The notes under the pieces: generated by a model
The model's database searches: none
What the model was told of the DNA's origin: nothing
The model's input: the letters and a program-made list of their open reading frames with translations, nothing else
Assembly: GCA_017608345.1 (NCBI GenBank)
Contig: JAFCGA010000001.1
Location: 97,766-161,765 of the forward strand
Source of the DNA: Candidatus Pacearchaeota archaeon
GTDB taxonomy: Archaea; Nanobdellota; Nanobdellia; UBA10117; JAFCGA01
DNA: 64,000 bases
Direction of reading: 5' to 3'
Program-made: the position numbers and the translations under genes
Shown: positions 16,036 to 24,376 of the stretch, piece after piece
Layout: each line of letters begins with the position of its first letter
Position numbering within the stretch: the first letter of the stretch is position 1

Positions 16036-16368
16036 CTTTATCTCGCTCTTGCTTGCTTGGAAGATAGATTCGGGTTTATTAGTTGGTGTTAAAAACTTCC
16101 TACAGTTTCCTTTCTCAGTTTCTATCTCAATCCATTCAATATAGTGGTCTTCTTGCATCGGATGCTCGACAGCGCCGACCTTAACTTTTGTTCCATCTTT
16201 AGTTTCTTCTAGCACTGGCGCATGTTTGGCAGCATACTCTCCAGTAGATTGCTCTTCGATTAGCTCCATAGGCGCTCCGCAGCAGACTAGCTCGCCCGAA
16301 CTAGTGTGGAGAACTTCAATTATGTTGCCACAGATATGGCATTTATAAATTTGTGATTGCTTTGTCAT
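15991..16368 (-). CDS. dfx: desulfoferrodoxin (2Fe superoxide reductase)
   Basis: An N-terminal desulforedoxin CHICGN...CCG is followed by the SOR core KHAPVLEE...HPMQEDHYIEWIEI...YCSVHGLW. Confidence 0.85.
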   Translation of the reverse strand: MTKQSQIYKCHICGNIIEVLHTSSGELVCCGAPMELIEEQSTGEYAAKHAPVLEETKDGTKVKVGAVEHPMQEDHYIEWIEIETEKGNCRKFLTPTNKPESIFQASKSEIKSARMYCSVHGLWIS

Positions 16369-16418
16369 GCTCAGCTAAAGTGCGTTAAATATTTAAGAAT
16401 TATGCACAATTAGTATAT

Positions 16419-16796
16419 ATGGGACATACGAGAGGAATAAGCTTCACTGTATCTTTCCCCACATTAGCTAGACTCACAGAGATACCGCAAGAACTCTCTC
16501 AAAGACATGGAGCTATTGATCTAATGAAAGTCATTGGTGAAGAAACACAGGAAATATATGCGTTAGAGAATATGATATTAAATGCTATTTATAGTCCAGT
16601 AGAGCAAGTAAGGACTGAAATCCATAATGCTATTGATCTCTGTCTTTTGGGCACAGTTGAAGATGTAATTATCCGAGATAGACGAATATTTCTAAGTCTA
16701 CAAGCAGAAGGTGCACCTAAGAAGCTAGCTTACTTATGTGATATTCCCAACGAATATATGGATAAAACACAGTATTCTTATGCATCGCAAGTATAG
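16419..16796 (+). CDS. hypothetical protein (125 aa)
   Basis: ORF only; its 3' end overlaps the convergent radical SAM gene by 19 nt. Confidence 0.35.
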   Translation: MGHTRGISFTVSFPTLARLTEIPQELSQRHGAIDLMKVIGEETQEIYALENMILNAIYSPVEQVRTEIHNAIDLCLLGTVEDVIIRDRRIFLSLQAEGAPKKLAYLCDIPNEYMDKTQYSYASQV

Positions 16797-17875
16797 CAGT
16801 GGTTCTTTAGCTTACACGTCGATACAGTTCCGGACATTATTCCCTCTAGATTTTCGATGAACCACTTAAATTCTCGGTCGTGAAAGTTAGTTAGCTCAGC
16901 TTTTACTTGCGAGTAAGGCTTAGTGAAAAGATTAGAAATAATTGAGTGGTTGCAATTTACTGCTTCGAATGAAGCGCACAAATTTAGATCTCCGTTCGGC
17001 TCGATAATAATTCCCGGCCATTTTACTAAATCCGGACAGACGTATTCACTCATGGCTGCTTCGAACTGCTGAGTATAAGCATCAAGTATTCCTTGATTAG
17101 ACAAATATTGCTCAAATCTTCCGAAGGGATAAACTCGCGTGTCAATTGGCGGAATTATTATTTCGATAGCTTTTGTTCCTAGACTGGTTGAATACTCCGT
17201 ACGGTCGTTGATAACATCAAGGTGAACTCCTTCGAATATGGTTCTCTGATTGCCCCAGAAGGTGTTCTCTACCTCTTCTGCTCGCGTAGGGTTCTGCTGA
17301 GAGTAAATGTCTCCTAACAAGGAGATTAATATTTTATCTGAGAACTCCATTGAATTTCTTATCGACTGATTGAATGCCTTTGCTAGCTTTCCAGTATCTA
17401 ACTTATCGTAGTAATGGTGGTACGTTAGCATAATTTCTATGCTGACTTCGCGTTCGATTGAGAATTGCGCTAGCTTATCGATTATCGATGTGTGCTTATT
17501 CTGAAGCCCGAAGGCTAATGTGAATTCATTGATTCCATTATCATACAGAAACTCAAGAATATCAACTATGTCGTGTCCTTCAGAATTATAGATTAAAGGA
17601 TTTCCTCGCCGCCCGAAGTCAACAACGGAGAATATTTTCAGAAACTCGGGGTCGATTGAAGTAAATGAGCTATAGCTCATAACTTCTCCAGCCATATTTG
17701 AATCTGCAACACAATGTAAGCAGGAATGCTCGCACTGATTGCTCGGGGAAATAATCAGTCGTGGGTTTTCAGCGAACAAATCAGATATTTCGGTTACTTC
17801 AGTTGTTAAGTCTGCTTGCGCTCTGAGAACTGTCTGATAGATGGTTTGTAGTTCTGCAGGCGATAAAGAACTCAT
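16778..17875 (-). CDS. radical SAM enzyme with a SPASM/twitch-like C-terminal cysteine domain (putative peptide maturase)
   Basis: It has CEHSCLHC (CX3CX2C) and a GGE-like GRRGNPL. The C-terminus has CPDLVKWPGIIIEPNGDLNLC (C-x14-G-x4-C), VNCNH and STCKLKNHCYTC (C-x5-C-x2-C). Confidence 0.8.
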   Translation of the reverse strand: MSSLSPAELQTIYQTVLRAQADLTTEVTEISDLFAENPRLIISPSNQCEHSCLHCVADSNMAGEVMSYSSFTSIDPEFLKIFSVVDFGRRGNPLIYNSEGHDIVDILEFLYDNGINEFTLAFGLQNKHTSIIDKLAQFSIEREVSIEIMLTYHHYYDKLDTGKLAKAFNQSIRNSMEFSDKILISLLGDIYSQQNPTRAEEVENTFWGNQRTIFEGVHLDVINDRTEYSTSLGTKAIEIIIPPIDTRVYPFGRFEQYLSNQGILDAYTQQFEAAMSEYVCPDLVKWPGIIIEPNGDLNLCASFEAVNCNHSIISNLFTKPYSQVKAELTNFHDREFKWFIENLEGIMSGTVSTCKLKNHCYTCDA

Positions 17876-17876
17876 T

Positions 17877-18242
17877 TTATAAATATCTACAAGGATTTAT
17901 CCCGCCACGACTCAAGCTCATTCTGTACATCCTACAGGGATTTATTCCTCCGCGCGGCGTCAAGTCTCGCATTAACACCTCTAATGATCGGTCCAATTCC
18001 AGCTCTATCCGAGTATCCATTAGGTTTAGCCCCTTCTTTGATATAGTGTTATCTTCTTCTAACACGCCCCTCTGATGCAAGTAATTGACAATTGTATCAT
18101 ATTGTTCCTCTGGGAAAGACTCTTTTGGGGGTAATGCTTCTTTTTGTTTCAGCAAATGGTAGAAATTACCGAATGTGCGTGAATCTATTTCGAGGCGCTT
18201 TAACTCATCCTCAATCGTTAACCTACGCTCTAGTCTCGGCAT
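17877..18242 (-). CDS. precursor-like protein B (121 aa) ending in 2x RGGINPCR
   Basis: The C-terminus is ...TPRGGINPCRMYRMSLSRGGINPCRYL*. The stop lies 1 nt from the rSAM ATG. It is a paralog of the upstream ORF. Confidence 0.55.
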   Translation of the reverse strand: MPRLERRLTIEDELKRLEIDSRTFGNFYHLLKQKEALPPKESFPEEQYDTIVNYLHQRGVLEEDNTISKKGLNLMDTRIELELDRSLEVLMRDLTPRGGINPCRMYRMSLSRGGINPCRYL

Positions 18243-18661
18243 GGTGCAAAACCCCCCGTACTTCCTAAGTATCTATCTTGGCAAGGCGCGAATCCGCCAG
18301 AGTTCCCGGAGAGTACTCTGCTTCTAGCTCTAAACCTATTTTGTTGTTCCATATTTATTTCTCGCTGTCTTTCCAATACCTCCTCCCAAAGCTTATCCTC
18401 TAAGTCATAACGAGCCTTAAATAATTTAGCTGCATCGGGAATTAAGTTTCCATTATCCGCAATTACGTTACTGCTTCTCAGGTAAGCTACAATTGCGTTG
18501 TATTCTCTCACAGACGTTAATTTCGAGATTATGGATTCACACGGAGGGAGCTTTTCTTTAGCTGCTAATTCAGTATAAAAAATCTCGAAGTGATCTACAT
18601 TTATTTCTAGCGCTGTTAGTTTATATAAAATCGTTTTTCTTGCTTCTTCGGGCAATATCAT
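18230..18661 (-). CDS. precursor-like protein A (143 aa) ending in 2x GGFAPC(Q/R)D
   Basis: The C-terminus is ...SGNSGGFAPCQDRYLGSTGGFAPCRD*. It overlaps the next ORF by 13 nt. The N-terminal ~100 aa are paralogous to ORF 17877-18242. Confidence 0.55.
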   Translation of the reverse strand: MILPEEARKTILYKLTALEINVDHFEIFYTELAAKEKLPPCESIISKLTSVREYNAIVAYLRSSNVIADNGNLIPDAAKLFKARYDLEDKLWEEVLERQREINMEQQNRFRARSRVLSGNSGGFAPCQDRYLGSTGGFAPCRD

Positions 18662-18687
18662 TCTACTGCAACCTCTTATTTTACTAT

Positions 18688-19536
18688 TTACATATCCGCC
18701 ATTACTGGCTTGTCTGCTATGAACTTACAAAGTAGATTAAGCTTTTTAAAGTATTTGCACATCTCCATGCATGCAAATTTCTCTGTTGAATAATGTGTTC
18801 CGCCGAGAATACTAATTCCTTCTTGCTTTGCAAAGTCATGAGCTTTCTGCGAGTACTTATTCTTTATTGATATCCCAGTTATATGTAAATTTACTCCTTC
18901 CTTCGCGACTTCCTTAAGCAAATCTATATCATTTCCGCCGCCAGGAATAACTGAAACCAAGCCGTCTTTTATTTCGCTAGCTCCATAATTATATAATTCA
19001 GTTCTGTGTCCGATCGCTTCCTCGAATTTCTTCTTTAATTCTTCAATAGTTTTGCACTTTGTTTCCCCGATCACTCCAGATAACGAACCAAAATAGTGTG
19101 CAAACGCCTTCTTAGGTTTAATTCCAAGCGCTTTTGCTAGACTTACTCCGGTTGAATATGGACCATAATTATCGAGCGGAACATGAAGGTTATATATTGA
19201 AATTCTGTTTTCTCTGAATTTTTCGAGCAGCTTTCTATCCATTTGATAAAAAGCTGGATCTTTCCTTACATCCCAGATAGATGGATGATGAACAAAAAGC
19301 ATAGCGTCCTGTGTACCTTTATCTAAAATCTCCTTCATTACTTTCTTCGAAGGAAAGACAGCTGTATAAACTCGATTTATCTCTTCTGCGAAGTCGCAGA
19401 CTAAACCCATTGATCGCTTCTTAAAATTCTCGCTAAGAAAATCTGCGACAGAATCCATATATTTTGCCCACTCATCACTTAGTCCCGGATTTATGAAATC
19501 CTTTTCTAGCTGCGCGTAGAGTTTAGTTGCTTTCAT
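18688..19536 (-). CDS. NIF3-family dinuclear metal centre protein (GTP cyclohydrolase I type 2 homolog)
   Basis: MKATKLYAQLEKDF..., VHHPSIW, LHVPLDN and GGTHYSTEK are typical NIF3/YbgI blocks. Confidence 0.8.
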   Translation of the reverse strand: MKATKLYAQLEKDFINPGLSDEWAKYMDSVADFLSENFKKRSMGLVCDFAEEINRVYTAVFPSKKVMKEILDKGTQDAMLFVHHPSIWDVRKDPAFYQMDRKLLEKFRENRISIYNLHVPLDNYGPYSTGVSLAKALGIKPKKAFAHYFGSLSGVIGETKCKTIEELKKKFEEAIGHRTELYNYGASEIKDGLVSVIPGGGNDIDLLKEVAKEGVNLHITGISIKNKYSQKAHDFAKQEGISILGGTHYSTEKFACMEMCKYFKKLNLLCKFIADKPVMADM

Positions 19537-19910
19537 GTACTGATGCTACCCTTTGCGTCCCTAATAAGAACCTCTAAGCGATTAGGATCATCAATGTTGC
19601 TTCCCCTTTCCATTAAGAGTACATCGAGTCCAAAATAGCTGTATTCTCTTATTGCTCTTGAGGCAGTGTCAGAGAGATACGAAAGCAGAGTATTTGTGCA
19701 CCTGAATATCTCTCCGTCATGAGGCGAATATTTCGGGATAAAAGTATCTCGATAAAAATCAATAAATATCTGACCGCTATGGATTAGTCTCTCCTCGCGT
19801 TTCTTTATTCTTCCCAGATCCGAAGACATTGGCTCGTGCCTTGGATGCAGTTCTAAATAACGCTTACTCAAATCTTCTAAATCAGATACTAATGCAGCTA
19901 ATTGATTCAC
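19533..19910 (-). CDS. hypothetical helical protein, tandem paralog B (126 aa from the GTG at 19910)
   Basis: The GTG start sits in the same GTGAATCAATTAGC context as paralog A. (M)[20 protein letters not shown]... aligns with paralog A along its whole length. Confidence 0.5.
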   Translation of the reverse strand: MNQLAALVSDLEDLSKRYLELHPRHEPMSSDLGRIKKREERLIHSGQIFIDFYRDTFIPKYSPHDGEIFRCTNTLLSYLSDTASRAIREYSYFGLDVLLMERGSNIDDPNRLEVLIRDAKGSIST

Positions 19911-20287
19911 TGTACCGTCACCCCCGCTTTTGCTCTTTCGATAAACTTTTCTAGAACAGTTGGCTCGCCAATAAAAGAACTTTTCGTACACATCAGAACA
20001 CCTAATGCAAAATAGTTAGAATTACTTGCTGCTTCTGCGGCCTTTTGAGAAAGACCTAAAAGTAAATCCTTCGCCTCGCGGAAAATTGGTCCCTTCTCGG
20101 GAGCGTATCTCTGTTTGAAAATACTTTGATAAAAATCAATGACTAACTCTCCACTTTCTATCAGCGGATCCTTAATTAGATGTAGCTGTCCGATCGAGGG
20201 AGCGGCATCCATTGCAGAATTCAGAAGACCCAAATAAGTCTTATTAAGTTCCTCCAAATCCTCGATAAGTTCAGCTAATTGATTCAC
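19907..20287 (-). CDS. hypothetical helical protein, tandem paralog A (126 aa)
   Basis: The GTG start overlaps the cyclophilin stop (GTGA). The sequence is [21 protein letters not shown]...[27 protein letters not shown]. Confidence 0.5.
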   Translation of the reverse strand: MNQLAELIEDLEELNKTYLGLLNSAMDAAPSIGQLHLIKDPLIESGELVIDFYQSIFKQRYAPEKGPIFREAKDLLLGLSQKAAEAASNSNYFALGVLMCTKSSFIGEPTVLEKFIERAKAGVTVQ

Positions 20288-21000
20288 TCTACCGTCACCT
20301 TCTCCATCACAATCGGCTCTAGCGGTCGATCCATTGGGCCAACTTCAACACTTCCAATTGCCATTAGCACGTCCTCGCCTTCGATTACATGACCGAAAAC
20401 TGCGTGTTTGTTGTCTAGCCAGGATGTTGCGGCGAGAGTTACGAAAAATTGACTGCCACCAGTGTTAGGGCCAGAATTAGCCATTGATAAAATTCCGGCT
20501 TTGTCATGTCCTAAGTCAGGATGGAATTCATCCTCAATTGAGTAGCCTGGGCCGCCTGTGCCATCGCCGTTTGGATCTCCGCCCTGAATCATAAAGTCTT
20601 TGATAACTCGGTGGAATACCAAGCTGTCGTAGTATCCCTTCTGAGCTAGATCAATAAAATTCTGAGATGTTTTAGGCGCTTTTTCAGTTTCTAGCTGGAA
20701 CTTCATAGTTCCTTTGTTTGTTTCGATAGTTACTATTCCTTTCATGTTAGTTTCCTCAGTTTCCCCAATAGGTTCTTCTATTCTCGCGGGTACTATATCT
20801 TCTTCTGTCAGAGGCTCAGTATCAGGAGCTTCTGGTTCCGACGTGTCTGCCTGCTCTCCATCTTGATCTTCAGTTTTAGCTGAATCCGTTGACTCTATTG
20901 CTCCTTTATCTCCTGCGAATACAAAATAAACCACGCTGCTGATAAGAGCTATTGCAATAATAGCGATTATTATTTTAGTGAGCTTTTTCATGAGCATCAA
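20284..21000 (-). CDS. membrane-anchored cyclophilin-type peptidyl-prolyl cis-trans isomerase
   Basis: An N-terminal TM helix and acidic linker precede [15 protein letters not shown]...GGPGY...[17 protein letters not shown]...[11 protein letters not shown]. Confidence 0.85.
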   Translation of the reverse strand: MMLMKKLTKIIIAIIAIALISSVVYFVFAGDKGAIESTDSAKTEDQDGEQADTSEPEAPDTEPLTEEDIVPARIEEPIGETEETNMKGIVTIETNKGTMKFQLETEKAPKTSQNFIDLAQKGYYDSLVFHRVIKDFMIQGGDPNGDGTGGPGYSIEDEFHPDLGHDKAGILSMANSGPNTGGSQFFVTLAATSWLDNKHAVFGHVIEGEDVLMAIGSVEVGPMDRPLEPIVMEKVTVE

Positions 21001-21084
21001 TTAAAGTAATAAGTTAAATGGTTTTCGACTGATCTCCGAGCGAAGAATCGATAAATATATAGAAAAGGAAGCGATCTGATTATC

Positions 21085-21495
21085 ATGCAAATTAGAAATT
21101 ATCAGGATTCTGATTTTCCACAAGTAGAAGGATTATTGAAAACTTTAGGTCTATTTCACCCGCATTTAGATACTCAAGATATTTATTCTACAAAAATAAA
21201 ATCAGATGCAGAGTCAATAATCCTGGCGCTTCAAGACAATAAGCCCGTTGGTTGTATTTTCTTCGTTTATGATCCATGGATTTCAACAATATTCCATCTG
21301 GGAGTTCACCCAGAATACCGGAATAAAGGAATTGCATCACAATTACTCGAAGAGGCAGAAAGAAGAATTCAAAGCAGAGAAGCTAATTCTGTTGGGATAC
21401 ATGTGGAAAATCAAAACAAAGAAGCATTAGAATTCTATAGAAAAAGAGGATACAGTGATTTTGGTACATATTTATGCTTAGAGAAGAGCTTTTAG
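21085..21495 (+). CDS. GNAT-family N-acetyltransferase
   Basis: It has the acetyl-CoA motif LGVHPEYRNKGIASQLLEEAERR and the C-terminal FYRKRGY. Confidence 0.8.
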   Translation: MQIRNYQDSDFPQVEGLLKTLGLFHPHLDTQDIYSTKIKSDAESIILALQDNKPVGCIFFVYDPWISTIFHLGVHPEYRNKGIASQLLEEAERRIQSREANSVGIHVENQNKEALEFYRKRGYSDFGTYLCLEKSF

Positions 21496-21634
21496 TCAAT
21501 ATTTTTACCAATCACGATGCTAGTTACTAGCACAAGGAGCATATCTATGATCGATAGCTTGCCGAGTTTGGTTAGTTTTTTCATGAGAATGTAAATTAGC
21601 GAGAGTTTTTATAGCTTATGCAGTTATAATTATA

Positions 21635-24376
21635 ATGCTAACACCCCCGCTAGAAGAAATACTTTCGAACTCGGCAGTTAAACTAAGAGAACAATTACTG
21701 ATACCAGAGATAGAAGTATTTGATGAGATATATACGAAAGTTCTATCTGAATTTAGAGCAGATATTAAGCTTGCTCAAGCCGAGAATAAGCTAGCTAAAT
21801 CAAGTGCTTTGCAAATAAGACAGCTTAAGCTTAGTGATCTATCTGAGAGTAAGGAAGAAATCTTAGAAACAATCGTCGGAGAAGAAGTAAATTACACTTC
21901 GTTCGAATATTCAGATCCGCCCGAGGGAGAGAAACTCGTATCAGTATTCATGCCAGTAAAGAATGGACGCGGGAAAATACTAAGATCTCTCTTCGGACTC
22001 AAAAAAGAACTTGACGCGCTAGACAAAAACGGATTCGAATACATAATTAATATTTGCATCAATAACACGCAAGATGGAACGCTAGAACGCGTATTAAAGT
22101 TCAAGCAGTTGTTTCCTCAAGCACCGCTCAATATTTATGAACTAGATAAGGAAAGTTTGCGAGCAACTGGAAAGATATATTCCCTGAATCTTTTGTATAC
22201 GCTACTAAAAAATAATATCAGTTCTGGAGAAAATGTCTACATTCATGTTGCAGACGATGATATTGGTTATCCCAAACCAACAAGCGGGATACTGTCAAAC
22301 ATTCAGGAGTTGCAGAATAATGACTCGCTAAAAGCCATTTGTGGCACATATACTACTAGCAAATCCACTGAAGGATTTCATTTTCTAAATTCAATTAGGA
22401 AAGATCGCGGAATTCTCGCTAAGGTTGGTCCATTGCCACAAGTTTATGGTGGCGCATTAACTATTAATTTTCAAGACTTCCCTGCAGAAGGTCTACCGCC
22501 AGATACTTCTTTTGATTGCTTTATTACGCTATACTATCTCAAGGATAAAATAACTAATATTGGCGCTTTAATTGAAAATCCCGAGGACTTACCAATCAGA
22601 ACAAATCCTGAATTCCTAATCGAGCATCCCGAAGAGCCGGCTTTCGCAAAATTTGTATGGCGCTTTTTGAGAGATGTAGACTGGAGAAAAAAGAGTGCAG
22701 AACAGCTTGGCGGCGATAAACTCGAAACAGAATTTCTAAAATTAAGACGGACACTATACGACAAAATAACGCAGACAATAGAAGAATTACCAAATACAGA
22801 TCCGCGGAAAATAGGTCAGAAGTGGTTAAGATTAATTAGAGATGAAGTATATTCACAGCGAGATTCTGGAGAGTTAACTCGAGAGCTTGTTGTTCCGCTA
22901 CTCCAAGACGGAAGTTCTGCAGATGAGCAAGCATTCTGCCATAGTTTAATAAAAGATATTCCGCGGTTTAATAGCACGTTAGAGCTGCTTGCACAAAATA
23001 GCTACTTCGATACTAATTCCCTCACTGAACTGTCTAAGCCCGAGTTAACCGAGAAAGTCAAATTCAAACACATTGAACGAGCAATTAATAAAAATAAAGA
23101 TCATCTCAGGGAGAATAATTGGTTAGGAGATCCGACAATTTATTTATTAGACTCGATTATCGAAAGAACATTATCACAACGGGAGCTATTATGTAAAGAA
23201 ACTACCTTAAGAGCAATATTCGAAAGAGCAGATATTAATTTAGGAAAAGACATAAATATCGAAAGACATGAAGCGCTCGGAAATTGCAATTTCTCTTTTT
23301 TCATAGAATCAGATGGACAAAAATATTTCTTAAGATATCATGATCCGTTAGGATTCAGATGGTTTCAGCGGCATACTCCGCGTAAAACAACTTACTTCAG
23401 CGTTTTGTGCGAGGAGATTTTCGGAGAATTGCTCGGAAAGGAAGCTGTCATCGGGACAATCTTTCCTAGCCTTGAAACAGCTGCAGATAACTACTTCGGA
23501 CTCGAGGAAACAAATCCAATTGAGAAGATCGCCCAGAGAGTACTGATTCAGAAAGACATTCGTAAGGACTATACTGAACTTATAAATTACTGTGAACTTG
23601 GTCTTGATTTACATCAAGCTACAGAGATATATGCTAGCATTCTTGCAGAGTATCATGGAAAATCCTTGGGAATAACAAAATATTTCCGAAACTCAGAGCA
23701 TAGTGACAAGAAATTTATGAAACTATTAAACCTAGCGGGAGAAGATATAAGATTCTCAAATGCAGCTAGCTATCAAACTTGGTTATGTGGTCCGAACTGG
23801 GTCACTCGAATATTTAATTCCTTAGAAGATGAATTCCATCGAGATAATCAATTTTATCATTGCGTTAAATCAATGCTCAACGAAGCAGACGTGGACATAT
23901 CTAACAAATTCTCTGAGGTTTGCACCCGATCTGTTAAGAGATTTGAAGAAGGCTCACTCGGACATCTTGATTTTAAACTAAATAATCTGTTTGTTAATCA
24001 AAACAATACTCTGGATCGAAAAATATACGATTTTGACCATATAACTTTCTTAGATCCAATGTATGAAGCAGGACATAGTATATATTCGCTAGTTAAACAT
24101 GCACTGCTAGCAGAAAATGCAAATGCAAATGAGCTCCTCGAGCTAACTGAGACTTTTAACAACACATATTATTCTCAATTTCAGCATCAGCTAGAGATCG
24201 GAAACTTTGCGGGTAAAAAGCAAATAATTACTTCAGCGAATCTACTGGCAGACTCAAACTTCTTTGCTGGAATAACTCTCTTATCCGTATTTGCTTCAGA
24301 GTATAAGAATTATAATCTATCTCCAGGTCAGCTGGAATCAATCAAGCAAGTATGCTATGCGTTACTAAAACAATGA
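21635..24376 (+). CDS. fusion protein: N-terminal GT2-like glycosyltransferase plus C-terminal APH/choline-kinase-like phosphotransferase
   Basis: VSVFMPVKNGRG...ICINNTQDGTLE...HVADDDI resembles GT-A/GT2. HLDFKLNNLFV...IYDFDHITFLDPMYEAG matches the HxDxxxxN...DFD kinase catalytic and activation motifs of the APH/ChoK family. Confidence 0.55.
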   Translation: MLTPPLEEILSNSAVKLREQLLIPEIEVFDEIYTKVLSEFRADIKLAQAENKLAKSSALQIRQLKLSDLSESKEEILETIVGEEVNYTSFEYSDPPEGEKLVSVFMPVKNGRGKILRSLFGLKKELDALDKNGFEYIINICINNTQDGTLERVLKFKQLFPQAPLNIYELDKESLRATGKIYSLNLLYTLLKNNISSGENVYIHVADDDIGYPKPTSGILSNIQELQNNDSLKAICGTYTTSKSTEGFHFLNSIRKDRGILAKVGPLPQVYGGALTINFQDFPAEGLPPDTSFDCFITLYYLKDKITNIGALIENPEDLPIRTNPEFLIEHPEEPAFAKFVWRFLRDVDWRKKSAEQLGGDKLETEFLKLRRTLYDKITQTIEELPNTDPRKIGQKWLRLIRDEVYSQRDSGELTRELVVPLLQDGSSADEQAFCHSLIKDIPRFNSTLELLAQNSYFDTNSLTELSKPELTEKVKFKHIERAINKNKDHLRENNWLGDPTIYLLDSIIERTLSQRELLCKETTLRAIFERADINLGKDINIERHEALGNCNFSFFIESDGQKYFLRYHDPLGFRWFQRHTPRKTTYFSVLCEEIFGELLGKEAVIGTIFPSLETAADNYFGLEETNPIEKIAQRVLIQKDIRKDYTELINYCELGLDLHQATEIYASILAEYHGKSLGITKYFRNSEHSDKKFMKLLNLAGEDIRFSNAASYQTWLCGPNWVTRIFNSLEDEFHRDNQFYHCVKSMLNEADVDISNKFSEVCTRSVKRFEEGSLGHLDFKLNNLFVNQNNTLDRKIYDFDHITFLDPMYEAGHSIYSLVKHALLAENANANELLELTETFNNTYYSQFQHQLEIGNFAGKKQIITSANLLADSNFFAGITLLSVFASEYKNYNLSPGQLESIKQVCYALLKQ

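Noticed and set aside
19911-19991. The N-terminal 27-codon extension of ORF 19533-19991 ([27 protein letters not shown])
   Set aside because: The extension lies inside the upstream paralog's coding region. The GTG at 19910 reproduces exactly the start context and the 126-aa length of paralog A.
21011-21029. A 19-nt similarity AAGTTAAATGGTTTTCGAC versus 26161-26179 AAGTTAAATGATTTTCGCC
   Set aside because: A 17/19 match in an AT-rich 64-kb window is within chance expectation by a rough estimate, and no flanking similarity was seen.
21492-21584. A 30-aa minus-strand hydrophobic mini-ORF (MKKLTKLGKLSIIDMLLVLVTSIVIGKNID)
   Set aside because: It is too short to support without conservation or expression data. 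It overlaps the GNAT stop and is noted only as a possibility.
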